Shown one piece after another: positions 11,901-26,133 of a stretch of DNA of 54,212 nt. The position numbers and the translations under genes are program-made. The stretch spans positions 1 to 54,212 of the forward strand of contig CAJVPI010000100.1 of the NCBI GenBank assembly GCA_910592345.1, read 5' to 3'. This stretch comes from Paraglomus brasilianum (lineage: Eukaryota). The notes beneath the pieces are model-generated. The model was not told the DNA's origin. It did not search any database and was given only the letters and a program-made list of their open reading frames with translations. The stretch's first letter is position 1. Each line of letters opens with the position of its first letter.

Positions 11901-14695
11901 ACATGTCGTAACGATAAATGACCGATTCTAATACCAGACGTTATTTCTATAATCCAGCCGATTGTGTATCTATCAATCAAAATATAGCGGTTTAAAACAA
12001 ACGGGGCTTAAAATCAAAATCTTCACGCCCCAAGTCCCATATGGTTACGGTAATTGGCATTGTACATTAAATCCTGGTTGATTAAACACAATGTATCACT
12101 GATATGCTTTCCTAAACGATAGCGTCGAATATTCGATGTGCATAAAGCATACATCGCTCTATCGATAATTATTCTGTGTAACGTGTTTACACGCATTATT
12201 CTAGATGTCAATACTATTCTTTTCCGTCATTCACTCAGCCGACGATCCCTACTTCTATATAAAAACCCGCAGTCAATCAAAACGTCTTGGAAAAAAGCCA
12301 ATTATAGTATAGTACGCCGTCTGTCCATATTCCGTAATTCCGATTTCTTACCCTGTTGAGCTTCAGGGGTCATTTGCTGTGTCGAGATCGACAAATGATC
12401 CGCCAATAAGAAGGATGTTTATTAAAATCTTCTCTGAGAGACGAGAGGCTGTCAAGGGTCAATCCTGGAATAGATTGTACCGGCTTTTTTTTTTTTTTTT
12501 TAAGAAAAAATAATGATTAACTACATCGGAAAATTGCAGACCAGTCATGTAAAAACAAATTGATAACGTAAGCATCCAATACTAATATAGCTCATTGAAG
12601 AACCCCCGCTTGTCCCGTTCGGAAAATGCCGTTTCGGATATGTCCACAGTTCACAATCTCCATTCTGTTCTTTTTCTTTCACCAAAAAGTTTTAGAATAT
12701 TATTATATCTATAATTGGTTGTCGTTGACGGTTCATCCCGCCGTTTATGTGACATCAATCATGATCTTTTGTATTTGTCGATTTGAGGGGTGGCAATGTT
12801 GTAAGGTTGTGTAATTTGCAAAAAACGGGGCGGATATTTTCGATCGATTGTGTATGGACATGAATTCAAGAACAGGGGCTACTCGTTCGTTATTTGTTTT
12901 GCCTCTAAATTAGCATGCGAATTCTCCCGTCGATGGTACAAATAAGATGCCAGAATGGCAACACAGAAGCAAAGAGAAACGGCATTATTTGATTCGGGAT
13001 TGGAAATCAAGATTTGACAGTACAATGAGAACAATGTGTTATACCAACTCTAATTCGTTCCTATCCGTATTTTTGACAATGATCTTCATTTGACAAAAGT
13101 ACTGCATGTGCAGTTCTGTCCTTTAAAACCTACCCTTTGTGTCGATTGACACAATCATGTATTACAATATCAAATTTATCGGTTATCAGTAAAGTTCCGT
13201 AAATCACGTAACTTATTTTGGCTATGCTCTTTTTTGAAAATTGGAACAGGTGAGGCATGCGCATGTGCAACATGTAGAGTAAACATTGCGCAAGTATTAT
13301 CAAGAACGTACTGTATAGCATCTTTGGGTAACGATTTTAATTTCTGATTTTCACGAGGAAATACATATACTTGCCCAGTTTGACTTTTTGAATGTTCTGG
13401 ATGCTCTGGATGCTCTGGACGTTCTAGATTGTCTGTTTCATAAATTCGGGTTGCTTTTTTGTGAGACTTGCATTCTATGTGATTAATTTGTAACAATGCA
13501 GGAACACCCAAAAGCCTGCATTTTTTGCGAATAAGATGGTGTGTTACTAAAAACTTTTCCTACCACAGGAGATTATCTTGTGTATCGATTGTATAGAGAT
13601 ATATATAAATAAATATATATAAATATAAGAACTCATTTATTCCGTAATGACAACGAACTTTCACTTGTATATTGTGTTAGCTGGCTGACAAATAAATGTT
13701 GGGCTGCAGTATTAATAATCAATTGAATGCATCTGGAACTGGTGTTTTCGTACACGCATGTACTGTATCTCCTGAGTGCAATTGACTTCCTTGTTCACTT
13801 GATCTTGTATAAGCATAAAGGGATTATGCGGCTTCAGTAAATCAGCATATCAACTATATCTTGCTAGTTACAGAATGGATTGTCTTTTTGCCTATTCATA
13901 AAGTGGGATGCTTTTTGCACTAACGACTACTTTACTGTCTGTTATTATTTACTATCAATTATCTACTTTTATTTTTATTGGTTACGCCGTCACTTAATAA
14001 TACGGAACATTGTTTTTCCATTGACGAAACTTAATATACTACACAGGAAGTCTGGTTTAACAAAGACTCACTATGGTTTTATATACTAAATTCTCCTTTT
14101 GAAGTATTTGTAATGTTATTTAATGGTTTTGGGCGGGATTGGGCGTTAGCTTGCAAATTTATCTCTGAATGCGATTGGCCCGAGGCATTCACTTTTTGAT
14201 GGATATATCAATTACGGGTTTTTGAACGTGTTCACTATACAAATTTGACTATTTTCAACACAATGTTTACAAGTTGCACAAATATGTGCTGCGCTATGTG
14301 GTCAGTGCACTGATAAGAGATAATGATAATGATAAAATAGAGTCGTATGCAAGATTTGTACTATGACTATTAGTTGCCTGTTGTTGATATGAGAATTTGG
14401 CAAGAAACAATCCTCGACTTTTATAGTAGCTTGTTTGGATTGACACCTGCTGTTGATATAATGCGCCGGCCAATTTATATAGTACTAATTTATATGCTTT
14501 ACGTCATGATACCAAATCTGTAATCTGTAGAGAAAAAAACGATCTTTTTTGATGGTGATGCAAAAGAGAATTAAGAATTGAACGTTTATGGATTTATATC
14601 GGCTATAAATATGGAAGAAAATAAACCCTTTACTCTTTAGAATACATACAGACATTGATCGCCATATAAATACATGAAATGCACACTATGACATA

Positions 14696-14802
14696 TACAA
14701 TACAATACACTACACTACACTACACTACACTACACTACACTACAATACAATACACTACAATATACAATATACAATACACTACAGTATACAATAACAATAT
14801 AC
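14696..14802. repeat. Pentanucleotide microsatellite (TACAC/TACAA)n
   Basis: Directly visible tandem units. Confidence 0.95.
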
Positions 14803-17346
14803 TAGCTTGTTGGTTTTTCAATTCTTTTTAAACCTTCCTTTGTTGGTTCGGGGATTTTTAATATACGGTTCAGGAAATTCAAAGTATTAGCTTAACTATT
14901 TAAAGAACGGCATCACATCTGTCACAATATCAAGTGAGCGATCAGCTGAATAAGTGCATGTGGTTCTCGTTAACGTGATATTATTTGTCACATGTGCATG
15001 TGCATAGAGTGTGGAGAGAGAAATAGTGACCGATTGTGTATCATGACAAGGAATCTTCACAACGACTTATAACAAGTGTGTGTTTTGCGTCACCTGCATC
15101 CAATCGCCAGTTTGCCATATTACCAATGCTCACATTGATATCTTTTATCTTTCGTCAATATCTCTCTCGTTTTGCTTTTCCCATGTGTTGTGATTGGTGA
15201 TGATGTTGTGCAAGGCAACATTAGTAACATTTGCTATATTACGGATAAAAAAAAATATTCATCCTGAGAACGGCTATAAGCCCTTACTGGCCAATTATTT
15301 CACTGGCTAATCGAACCATCTATTTCTCCAATCACAAAGATCGTTGTTATTATATTTGGAGTTTGTTGTGGTTTTGTTTTGTTTTTTGTTCTTTTTTTTT
15401 GTGTGTATAGATAAATATTTGATAAATACTTAATTTAATGCGCACAAACAAAGTGTTATTGGCAGTCCATTATATTGTTACTATTGGTATACGCCACCTC
15501 TCAATGACTATGATTCTAGTACCAAATTCCTTGTTCTAACGTCCTTATCATGTTCTTATTGTCGCACTTATGTCTCGATTTACATGAACTATCTACTAGT
15601 TTACTGTTTTGGGCGACAAAACTCGTGCGATTTACTGTAATTATCAACACTATAGTTGAATAGCTACTGAATCATATGTAAATACTGGTCAACAAGAGTT
15701 GGGTTTCTCGTACGATAACCAAACCATTATACAACCATTCCCGCTTAAATACGCTGTGCTCCCACCTTATCTAATCTCGATTATGTATCAATTTCTCGCA
15801 CAAATAACACATTCAATCAACGCGTATATTGATGCACAAATGGACATAGGCTCATTCGGGGTCATCTTTTCAATTACAGCCAATAAGATACGGTCTCTAG
15901 TATTTAACCAGCAGTAGCACCGTCGCTGTGTAAGCAAGTCCCACCAACGTTCTAGATGGAGAATAAAGAAATCAATAAAAATCAAACAACAATGACGGGA
16001 AAATCTGACATATAGTGCGATTCCGGTAATATACAATGATAATGATAATGATATTTACTTATTTCATTTTCCGTTATCATTGATGAATAATTGAATATCA
16101 TCGTATACAAGGGTATTGACCACGTGGGATAACCTTACATTAAATGCTTGATTGGTCAGTTTAGAGTATCAGAAATATATGCTAGCTACAATAAATATAA
16201 ATTAGGACGATAACTGGTCATGCCATGAAAGAAAAATTAGAATATCAAATTGCTTCCTTTTCGACTGCGAATTGGTATGATACTAACCATTAGAAAACAT
16301 GCGTCAACAGATACCATGCATTACATAAATATGAATTATTAATAGGGTCATATAATCGATCATTAATTCCAGCAGCAAGTTTGCCGTTGGGACACACACA
16401 TCAACAAAGTTCTATATATGGATTTTTCAATACCAGGCAACAACAATTTGTCTTAAAGAATAGGATCAATTGAACGATCGGGGGAGCGGGGAGGGGGAAG
16501 TGCAGACATTATTAATCGGTATATATGTTAGCGAAGCTCGTTACACATTTTATATTAATATTATAAATTTTGTGTTAGCCTTATTTTGAGTCTAATAGAT
16601 ATTCGGCATTTTATACTGTATGTGTAACTATACAGCGCCACAGAGATGCAAGGTATATAAAATACCTTGGTTCTGCAAATTAAGTAAATTTTAACATTTA
16701 TTAAATTCATTGCTTGCTTGTATTATTGGAGAGCAGCCTCTCTCTCCAAAAAAACAACTCGCATTTATTACAATTAGAGCAAATTAATATGAACAATATT
16801 TCAGTTTATAATCGATACATTCTACTGAACGTAAAGAGTAACCGACAAAAAATTAAGCAGACAACGCAGCTGGGCGATTTATCGACAGAGTCGAGCACCT
16901 TTCTGTGATCGCGGTCTGTATCAATTATACGACATATTATACGCATTTATACGCATTCATACGAATAAAGTATCACTAAATATATACGCGATATACAATT
17001 ATGGAGATTACCGACCTGATCAGGTAATTCAAACTATATTATTATTATATGTGCATGTATATAATGTGCATAGAGAGCAAGGAGAACGAACAATAGAACG
17101 TATCTATGACAAAGAAGAGGAAACTGTGTCCCGTAGTTATAGGTACGGCAAGAATATTTTGTCGGTAATGACTGCAGCAGTAATTAGCCCACCGCACGCT
17201 AACACACTTGGATAATATTACCAATCAACAACGAATATTCCTCTTCTAATTCATTTAATTTCTTCTTTACTTCGAAACACAACACACAAAAACCCAGCCA
17301 AGGCACAGAACAACAGAACCAACCATCTCGACAATATCTGGCACAA

Positions 17347-19497
17347 ATGCATCATTCGTCCTCGTTTTTACAACCTATGTCGTCCTTTAACTCACATTTA
17401 CAATTAGAATCTAATCATATGAACTCTACACCGTTCAGGAAGGACTCTACACGTAGGAAATCACTATCGGAATTATCCACACATATGCAGATGCAGTCTT
17501 ACTATCAACAACAGTATCAACAAACACCCTCATCCCTTTCATCTTCATCACTCCTGTCTCCACAACATATGCCGCCATCATCACCAACCCACTTGCCACC
17601 GATTTATCCACATCTTTCTGCGTCTCCCTCCTCCATAACGCATACTCCCTCACAGCTTCATCATTCACCATCCATTCATACATCAATCCACCACACACAA
17701 GCACCTAGTCGTAGATTAGCGCATATACGCAGCGAACAAAAAAGAAGAGAAAATATCAACAGTGGTTTTGAAGAATTAAAGAATATCGTTCCGACTTGTC
17801 GTGGATGTGCAGATTCGAAAGCGATCATTTTGAAAAAAGGTAAGATGAAGGGGTTGAATAAGGAGAGCAATATATATACACGTGTGTATGCGTGTGTGTG
17901 TGCGTGTGTGTGCGTGTGTGTGCGTGTGTGTGTGTGTGCGTGTGCGTGCATCGAGTATATACAAGTGCATTGATTCAGTGGTATCCGGTAAGCTTTGTTA
18001 TGACAAATACTATCTTCACTATTAGTGATTTCATGATGATATGGTCTGTATCTCTGACAAACGTTATTATCATAAGGATATGGTTACTATTATATTGCTA
18101 CACTATTCTCATATCGCAAATCTCATCTTATCTATGATTACTTTTTTTCCTTGTTTTCCTTACAGGTCTAATGCAATATCTGCGCATCTTATTTCAATCT
18201 TTTCCCGTCTCATTCCTCTCTGATCATCTCGCATGTAATGTGTGTGGGTAAAAAAAAAAAAGGCAAACAACAAATGCGCTGTTTAACAAGCAAAGCATGA
18301 AAAGACAATCGTGCATGTGTGCAGTGAGGAGCTGCTACAAGAATGGTAGGCAAATATTATGTAGTAGTATATATTAACGTATACGATTATAATAACATCA
18401 TAGATTAATTATGTCATTTCACTATTTAGATTTTGTAAAACAGACACGTGGCGTGGGAGTATGGGCTGGGGCTGAACATTTTGTGTTGGGGGGGGGGGTG
18501 AGTCTTCTTCCCACCGTCGGATATTTTTTTTTCTCCATGGAACCTAGATGCATATCAGGAACAAAACAATCGAAAGGGAATGATCAGGGGTAAAAGATGA
18601 AGGAATGAAAATGACAAGATCAATGCTATTGCCACAAAAGGAAACATGACGAAATCGAGGGCTCCGTCAGGATTACGTTGGTTTGCGCACAAAAAAAAAA
18701 CAAACCACACACATACACACATAACACGCATATTTGCACGTTAACCAACCATTGATCCAAAGCTTTTTCTTACTAATTCATTCTTTGATCTCATCTCACT
18801 TCAAATCTTCCATACTCAATTACAAGCCGTACACTACATTCAGGCTTTAGAAACCGAAGTTCGCAAGCTCAAATCACCTTCAGTACACGCAGATCATCCT
18901 TCACTAGAATCGCCTTCGCTTCCACCTGTACCGATCGCATCTGCCAGTAGTCTTCATGAACCGCAATCATCGCACTTATCGTCATCTAGCAGAAGCAATC
19001 CATCGCATTCGACATATGGTGTCAATGACATGAGAGCACGAACGGAAGTGAGGAAACATGATGACGCGCATAATAATTGCATGTACAACGAAGGGCCAAA
19101 CAACTTGGACAAGTACTCTCAAGTACGCTCACCCTTACCGGGGGTGAGACAGTCACTACCTCCGGTTCGTAGTTTCTCCCAACCATCAATAAACGCATTC
19201 AACCTTGAACAGGAAGGAAATTATAACTACAGATTTGAACACTTGAAAAGAACAAGCACCGAATGGAAAAATGATTGGGATGGGTGTCAGGCGTATGGGA
19301 ATGGTTATGCAACAAATGGTTACATGTCAACAGCGTTGGTAGGTTCGAGCAGAAATGAATACGGACTGAATGTAATCGACAATGCAAGGAGAGACAGGGT
19401 CTACGAGGAAGGGAATGAAAGAGATGAAAGAGTAGGAATAGGTGTAGGAAGAGATATCAAGTTTGAGATGGTAGGACATTCGTATAGAATGGATTAA
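17347..19497 (+). CDS. bHLH transcription factor (Max/Mlx/Ino4-like, E-box class), about 387 aa. Exons 17347-17839 and 18827-19497.
   Basis: RRLAHIRSEQKRRENINSGFEELKNIVP...SKAIILKK joins across a phase-1 intron (GTAAGA donor at 17840, TACTAAT branch at about 18771, AAG acceptor at 18826) to AVHYIQALETEVRKLK, completing helix 2. Exon 2 is in frame with ORF 19030..19497. Confidence 0.9.
17881..17948. repeat. (GT/GC)n alternating purine-pyrimidine microsatellite in the bHLH intron
   Basis: cgtgtgtatgcgtgtgtgtgtgcgtgtg...; the source of several spurious ORFs. Confidence 0.95.
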
Positions 19498-22350
19498 AGC
19501 GCGATTTTGGACAAACACTGCTCGGGGACGGAATGTTGAGGCAGAAAAGAATTAATCCGATCAATACGGCCTCATTTCTTGTACTCTTTCTCTCCTGCTA
19601 AGATTTTTTTTTCGTTTTTCAATTTTTTGATCTCTCGTTTCATTCGTTTCTCACTTCTACATGCAATGTTAATGTGTGTGCTTTGGTTGTGCCGCGCGGA
19701 AACAAGATACATTTTAGACTACATTACATTTAACGTTTTTACGAATAATATTACTTGGTGGCATGGAAGAAAAGAGAAAAAAAAACAAACAATGGACGGT
19801 TGGAAAGCCTGCATCGACGAGTACAGTATGAATATTACACAAGATTACGGAACAACATGCATAATTAAGGATAATATAGGCTTATTGTAAGAACGGCTGA
19901 GAACAAAGGGTAAGGGATATAAGAAGTAAAAAAAAAAACGATGACAGGGAATTCTAGCTTCATTTTGGAGCACACTTCTGTATAAAAAAAAGGTATAACT
20001 AAAAAGTATGTACAACAATAATTGTAAGTGAACCGTTCTTTTGTCTAATTATGGGCAAAGAATAAATTTAAAGGGAAAAGTTACATGAATATGAAGAATA
20101 TATAATACGCAGCTCCGCCATCACATGACTACCACAGGGGTTTTTCGATTGGGGCTTTTAAACTAGCAGAGGTTTGGATGCTCTTGCAAAGCGTTAACTG
20201 GATTGAGATCAGAGCCTTGTATTAGCCACAATTGAAATATCGATATTATCAAGACCAGGAAAGCGCACTCGGCTAAAACTGTCATTATACACAAACAACA
20301 TCATTAGGCATATGCAGCTTCTGTTCCTTTCCCAACAAGGAATGAGTCTTTATATCGTATACAATAGCTATATTAATATATACGATTTCGTAGTGATGCA
20401 CGACGAGTACATTCGTCCCATCTAACTTTCTTAAGAAAGCCGTTTCCCGGATAAGTTATCGCATGCAGTCTTATTCCATGGAAAGTTCTGTTTACTGCAA
20501 TTCCTGCAGTAAACAGTACTTGTGATACTGTGCTTTGACTTTTTCGGTTTCGAGGGTTTGTAAATTACTACTAGGGTGCTTACTTGCCCACAAGTCAAGT
20601 TATTGTTCGTTTGTCTTATCAGTTTGAAGTTTTCCTGGTGCAATAAGCCAAGCGAGTCTCCAGCTTGTTTGTTGAACATTGAGAACTTTCTCTGTTGGAA
20701 ATTATAAGCCTGGGCATTAGAAATCATGTAGCGTAAATGGTGCTGTTATATCGTTATACCATCTCAAGCAAATGACCTTATCCTATATCTGCACTCTTGA
20801 TTTAGTCATAGACTGTTGTCAAGCAATTCGGTTAAAGAAATAAATCTTCTTAATTGAGTTTTTTATGATTTGTTAAATAATCTGGTTAACGGATGGGACT
20901 TTCTATGAAAATGAAGTTTAACAACTATAACTGCTGTCTTAGATAATGGTTCGATCAAGTTGAATATCGATAGGTTATTAATTCAACTCATTGGGATTTA
21001 ACAAATTGTTCTGATTGTGCGTATTCCATGTGAGAGAAAAAGAACGATATTCACAATCTTTGCTTACGAAATTTTCTGACATTTAATTTCTCCTATTGAC
21101 TTGTGTTTGGATGTGCTGTGTGCAGCAAACGTATGCAAGGTTAATAATGACGTAAAACGGTTTAATCATCTACAAATATGACAACAAGGCATTATTATTA
21201 TGTAATCAGACATATCAGAAAAATTGAGTCGTAAGTGTAACCTTTTGTCAAAGTACATCAAGCTCTGGCCGCCACGCTTTCTTTAAGGATATGTGATCTG
21301 ATCTGCTTGTTTAATTTGGGTAACCGAAAATTTAAGCTTTCCACGAGAACATTACTTCAGATCACTGTTTCTATAGAATTTATCCGATGTAACCTTACTT
21401 TTATAAAACATCTCCTGATTTGGACGCGTAATTTTACAACAAGTAATAATATGAAACGCCGTTGCCCCCTGTTTCACAAGTTAACCTTATCCCTTAGTAT
21501 TAGTATAGTCTAAAGAAGTTAATTTACATATGTGGAAATGAAAACTACTGTACATTATAGTTTCGGAATCTCCTAACCACTTTCAATCAAAACTGAAACT
21601 AGTTTGCTGACTCTAAACTGACATAGACGGCTATCCAACACCTAAACAACATCGTCACTGTGGATTTCAACTCCAGAACCTTATTCCCACGCACAAACAC
21701 GCCAAGAATTTCTCAACAGTCGTTGTGCGATGATAATGATGATAGATAAGTGTATCACTCACTGGTTTACATAAGTAGCTTATAAAATATAACAGCCGAT
21801 GGAAGATAAGGAATCTTTAATCTACAAGTTTCCTTAAAATAATTAAAAAAAAAAAAAACAAAAAAACTTTGTACTTTCACAGAGGCGTAACAGCAAATGC
21901 AGAAACATACAATCATGCATAATCAGTCTACAATAGTATTGTCTATCGGGATATCTTGCTGAAATTTAATATCTTTACTGCTATAGTTGATAATCTACAA
22001 GATTTAAAGTTGTCTTATTCTCAATCTATTCGAAGACGCTTACTATGGTTGACTATAAATTGTTTGTAGTATTAACCGTGAACTGTTATACGTACGTAAG
22101 CCATCAATAATTTCAAAATTTGCGGCAATTGGGAATGATTGCTGGCATAAATTATGGAATTAGATGGTCGAGCATGTAGTTTTATAACAACATATTTTTA
22201 TGGTTGTAATTGCAACTATACGGTTTGTCGATGCTTAGAGCACGTATGTTGAATATTAAGTAATCAACCTTTATCGTGTATGTTGAATAGATTTTTGGAT
22301 ATATATATTTGCTCAATGAACAATAAAATTCTCGCGAATAACCATCAAGT

Positions 22351-22992
22351 ACATGGGGACGAAGTATTGCACAATTGTAATTTATTCAATTCCATAAACT
22401 TTTTATAGGACCCCTTACTTCATCAGTTGTCTGAATATAACGTGTCATGATGAGCAGAGTAATAGATTAGTAAAAACCCCAATTTTATGCTTTGGCGCAT
22501 AATGAGTCTCGCTAAAGAGCTTATTCCTCATGAGTACGGTAAAAAAACTAGCTGGATGCAAGAACATAATAATCGCAAAAAAGATAAGATACTATCGCGC
22601 AACAGTTTCAACGGGTTTTCACTATAATCATTAAAAACATAATCAGTAAAAGAAGAGTGAAATCCGCGTCAGCGAAAAATATACCATTATCTTGTGCCCA
22701 ACCAAATTCAAGCTGTTGCTGTAATCGGAAGAAATACTGAATGTTGCCATTTATTTAAGTAAATCAAAAAATTTTCATGTTTAAAGCAAATTTTCAATAT
22801 CTTAAAAACAGAACCGTGCAATACTTTTCATACGCACCAAAGCAGAAAATTGGAATTTATTGTTTCGCTCATTATGACACGTTATATTAAATAAACATTA
22901 ACATTTCATTCAGACAACTGATGAAATAAGTGGTCCTAAAGTTAGTTTTTTTATTTCATATAAAAATTTATGGAATAATTTTGTACCCCCTG
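22351..22992. mobile_element. Possible decayed non-autonomous Tc1-like element
   Basis: TTCCATAAA(C)TTTTTATA at about 22391 is the inverted partner of TATAAAAATTTATGGAA at about 22959. The ends resemble the TIR at 2569-2591. Confidence 0.35.
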
Positions 22993-23361
22993 AATAAAGC
23001 CATACACCTCAATAATTAGAGGGTGCAGACATATGAAGCTTTGTTTTTCCAATTACATGTAACGTCGCGTTGAAAACGGTAGACTGTTGCACACAAGGGA
23101 CAAAAACGTTAAAATCACAGGCTTTTCAACCAAATCGGGTGTGAGCGATTGATAGATGCCTTTCTGTTTACTCGCCTGTCATCTTATTGCAACACACGTA
23201 TGCAATGGTTTGGTGCTCTTTTATTAATTTGGCTAATTCGGTTGGGTAAAATAATAATAACGGTAATTTGTTTTCTCGAGCAAAAAACTCTGAAATCTTG
23301 ATACACTATCCGAACGTATCGTTGACTCTACGAATCAAATTGTTTAAAACTTCTCATATTG

Positions 23362-23860
23362 TAGTCCCCGGCGAAAATAATGGCGGCCAGTATTTTTTTA
23401 ATATATCGATTTTGTTTTTATTATTTTTTAAAAAAAATTTTATTTAACAGAAGTTAAAACTAACATTATAACTCGCAAAAAAACCAAGATGAAAAGTGGC
23501 TTCTTTTTAGATCTATATTAATTTAAGCCTAATATTATGAATAAAATTTTGAGTAACTTGACAAAAAGCAAATGTAAAAGCTTTTTTACATCATCAGATT
23601 CGATTATATCAGGCAAACATTGTATTTTTCGACTTGTAATCTTCTAAATTTTAATTAGCAAGTCTAAAAACGCGAACATCTTGTAGTAAATTTGAGACTG
23701 TTAAAGACAAGGGTATTTTTAATCATGCCTGACATATTAAGTAAATAAGAAAAGTAACAATACATTTACATATTTAATAGCAGATAACCGATTTTTGTAT
23801 CGAATTTTTTATAAAAATTTTAAAAACGATTGTCACCGCCATTATTTTCGCCGGGGACTG
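23362..23860. mobile_element. About 500-bp MITE (Tc1/mariner type)
   Basis: 24-bp perfect inverted repeat AGTCCCCGGCGAAAATAATGGCGG. The right end is CTG|TA and the left end is slightly mutated (TG|TAGT). The interior is AT-rich and non-coding. Confidence 0.88.
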
Positions 23861-25546
23861 TAGATTTGTAATAATAATAGTAGAGGAACGATTCAGAAGA
23901 TATGCGTATAATGTCTTCATTTATGCCAACCAAGACAAATTTATTTATATAATTGCGGGCATTTGCAGTAAATTTAGTACCCTGACATAATAATAATATA
24001 TTTACGCAAATAAAAAGGTTTACGGAAGTAAAAAGCCTTTCTCTCAAAAACTACGAAATTAAAAAAAAAAAACATCAACTACATTTTTTATTATTTAATA
24101 ATAAGCTTACAACGTGACATGTTTATTAATTGCGTCAGCTCGGGTGTTTTGCTCCACTACTCAATTATAAAAATGGATTTGTCAATCTTTGGCGGTTGAC
24201 TTTTCTACATTTCTTTAACCATGCTTTACAGATTTTGATAGACTTTTATGCTTCAGATTTTAACATGCTCATATTAATTATTGAAACAGAATGTCGATAC
24301 AAAATTGATGGGGGGGGTTTTTTTCGTGTACAAAAACTACCCGCGCGCGGAGAGATTTAATTGACCGAGTGAGTTTGCAGAAAGATTAAAATAATTGAAA
24401 CTTTGAGAGTTTTTTCCAATACCATATGTTTCAATTACTTCTTTGCCATCTGACATTAGGTAAAAATGAGCTACTGCAATGAGCTGCTATATACGCATAA
24501 GCCATTCTATCTCAATTAGAGCTTAGAGATAAGCAAAAAACACTAGTGTCTTGTCCAGCTATTGTGGCTCAAGCTAAAAAAGCAGCCCTATTACAGTACT
24601 ATTGTTACGCTCATGCTTGTTTCCGCGCTGTTGGCAGTATGCACATTAATGCCTCATCTTAAGCCTTTATCTGTATAATGTCAGAAGAGATATGCGCTTG
24701 AGAATAGTGTTGTCTCGGCACAAATTTCCAAATTTATAATTGCAATAAACTTGCTGTCAATCTTTATTATTAGCTTTCTTGCCTGTGCGTAAACACTTTA
24801 CCGCTATACATACTCTATTAAAGTACAAAACGCGAATTTGGTAAGTTACGCTTACTTTTGTAGTAGACCGCGAATATTATTAGTGACACAAGCCTCAATT
24901 CTACAGTTTACTGACTTTCGAAACCATTGGCCGTAATTCCTCACTCAACTATATTCACTATGGTTATTACTAAGTAAAGGAGATATTTGCTATAGTAATC
25001 GCTCACTATAATTGCTGTTAGCAACAAGGGAGTGTGCTACATGGGTGTATATTAAGCAAATTTACTACTGGATGATTTTATCAATTAATAATATCCAGCC
25101 AAAGGTAACTATTCTAGATTGACCGCAAGTAATACCAGAACTTATTTGCACTTTTCCTTTATTCTATGGTTTGATCGAATATCTGAACATGCCCTATGCT
25201 CCTATTAATTACGGACATTTCCTAGACATGTTGAATCGCCAGGATTTTACCGCTGCTAATATCATGTCAAGATAATATAAATTAATTCTAATTTGCATCG
25301 TATAATTAATAATGGGGTAATAAGTCATTTGGAAAATATTATATCTAATTCTTACTAATCGAGTGTAACATCTTTTAAAGTGAATATTCACTTCATCGCA
25401 TAAATCTTAATGCCGATTATTATGCATCTATAATTATACGGAGACTGCTGCGCTACAGCAGTCATTAAATGATAATTTTCCATTTTACATTAGTTGCGCA
25501 AAATTGGAGCTTTGAGAGACAAACTGCGTAAATAAGACATTAGATA

Positions 25547-25612
25547 TGTTGTGTCTGAGTTTGGAATCAGAACCCAGTCACTCAGTCTAGAACTGAGACA
25601 GGTCCCCAACCC
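25547..25612. repeat. Second relic of the dispersed repeat seen at about 4600-4700
   Basis: GAACTGAGACAGGTCCC at 25590-25606 is the reverse complement of 4610-4626. Confidence 0.55.
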
Positions 25613-26017
25613 ATTATTATATAGCCTTGATCTTGATGGAGAAAAGAAAATTAACACATCAGTAAATCCCGACAAAGTTGTAGCTATTCAAGGCGAGTTT
25701 TGGTGGGCGAGGACAATTTACCAGTCATTTAATTTATATTTTTCTATCCCTTCAAAAAGTGACATTAGCAATCCACTCAAAACTTTTTTTCAGAGTTATC
25801 CTTGTTTCTAACTGGCTATCATTTCTTTAATCTCGTAATAATAGAAAATGTCTGAATAGTTAAACAAAAACTTTTATGTTAATAGAGAAGTAACGGCAAT
25901 ATTTGCAATTAAAAATTAACACTAGTAATATTTATGGCATTGTATTAAGATTGAGCGACACGCAATGTTTAGGTTTAAATTGTTCTAAATAGAATTTTGG
26001 GCAATTTAATATATACA

Positions 26018-26133
26018 TAGTGGCTCCTGTTACAATCCAGGTATACTTGGTAGAAATTTATACGTAAACAGAGATGCCGTTAAACCGAGGCTGACGTCTC
26101 GCACGGACGGCTCCGGTTTAACGGGAGCCACCA
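26018..26133. mobile_element. About 116-bp decayed pogo-like MITE
   Basis: Ends TAGTGGCTCCTGTTA / TAACGGGAGCCACCA form an imperfect inverted repeat. Internal CCGTTAAACCG (26077-26087) pairs perfectly with CGGTTTAACGG (26114-26124). Confidence 0.6.

Noticed and set aside
12360..12480. TPP riboswitch (GGGG...CTGAGA resemblance)
   Set aside because: The conserved ATACC/GAACTTGAT/TAAT elements are absent and no thiamine gene is nearby.
17676..18137. His/Thr- and Cys/Val-rich ORFs
   Set aside because: They are artefacts of the intronic GT microsatellite.
20431..20727. 98-aa minus-strand ORF with CxxC
   Set aside because: It has no recognisable domain or supporting exon structure.
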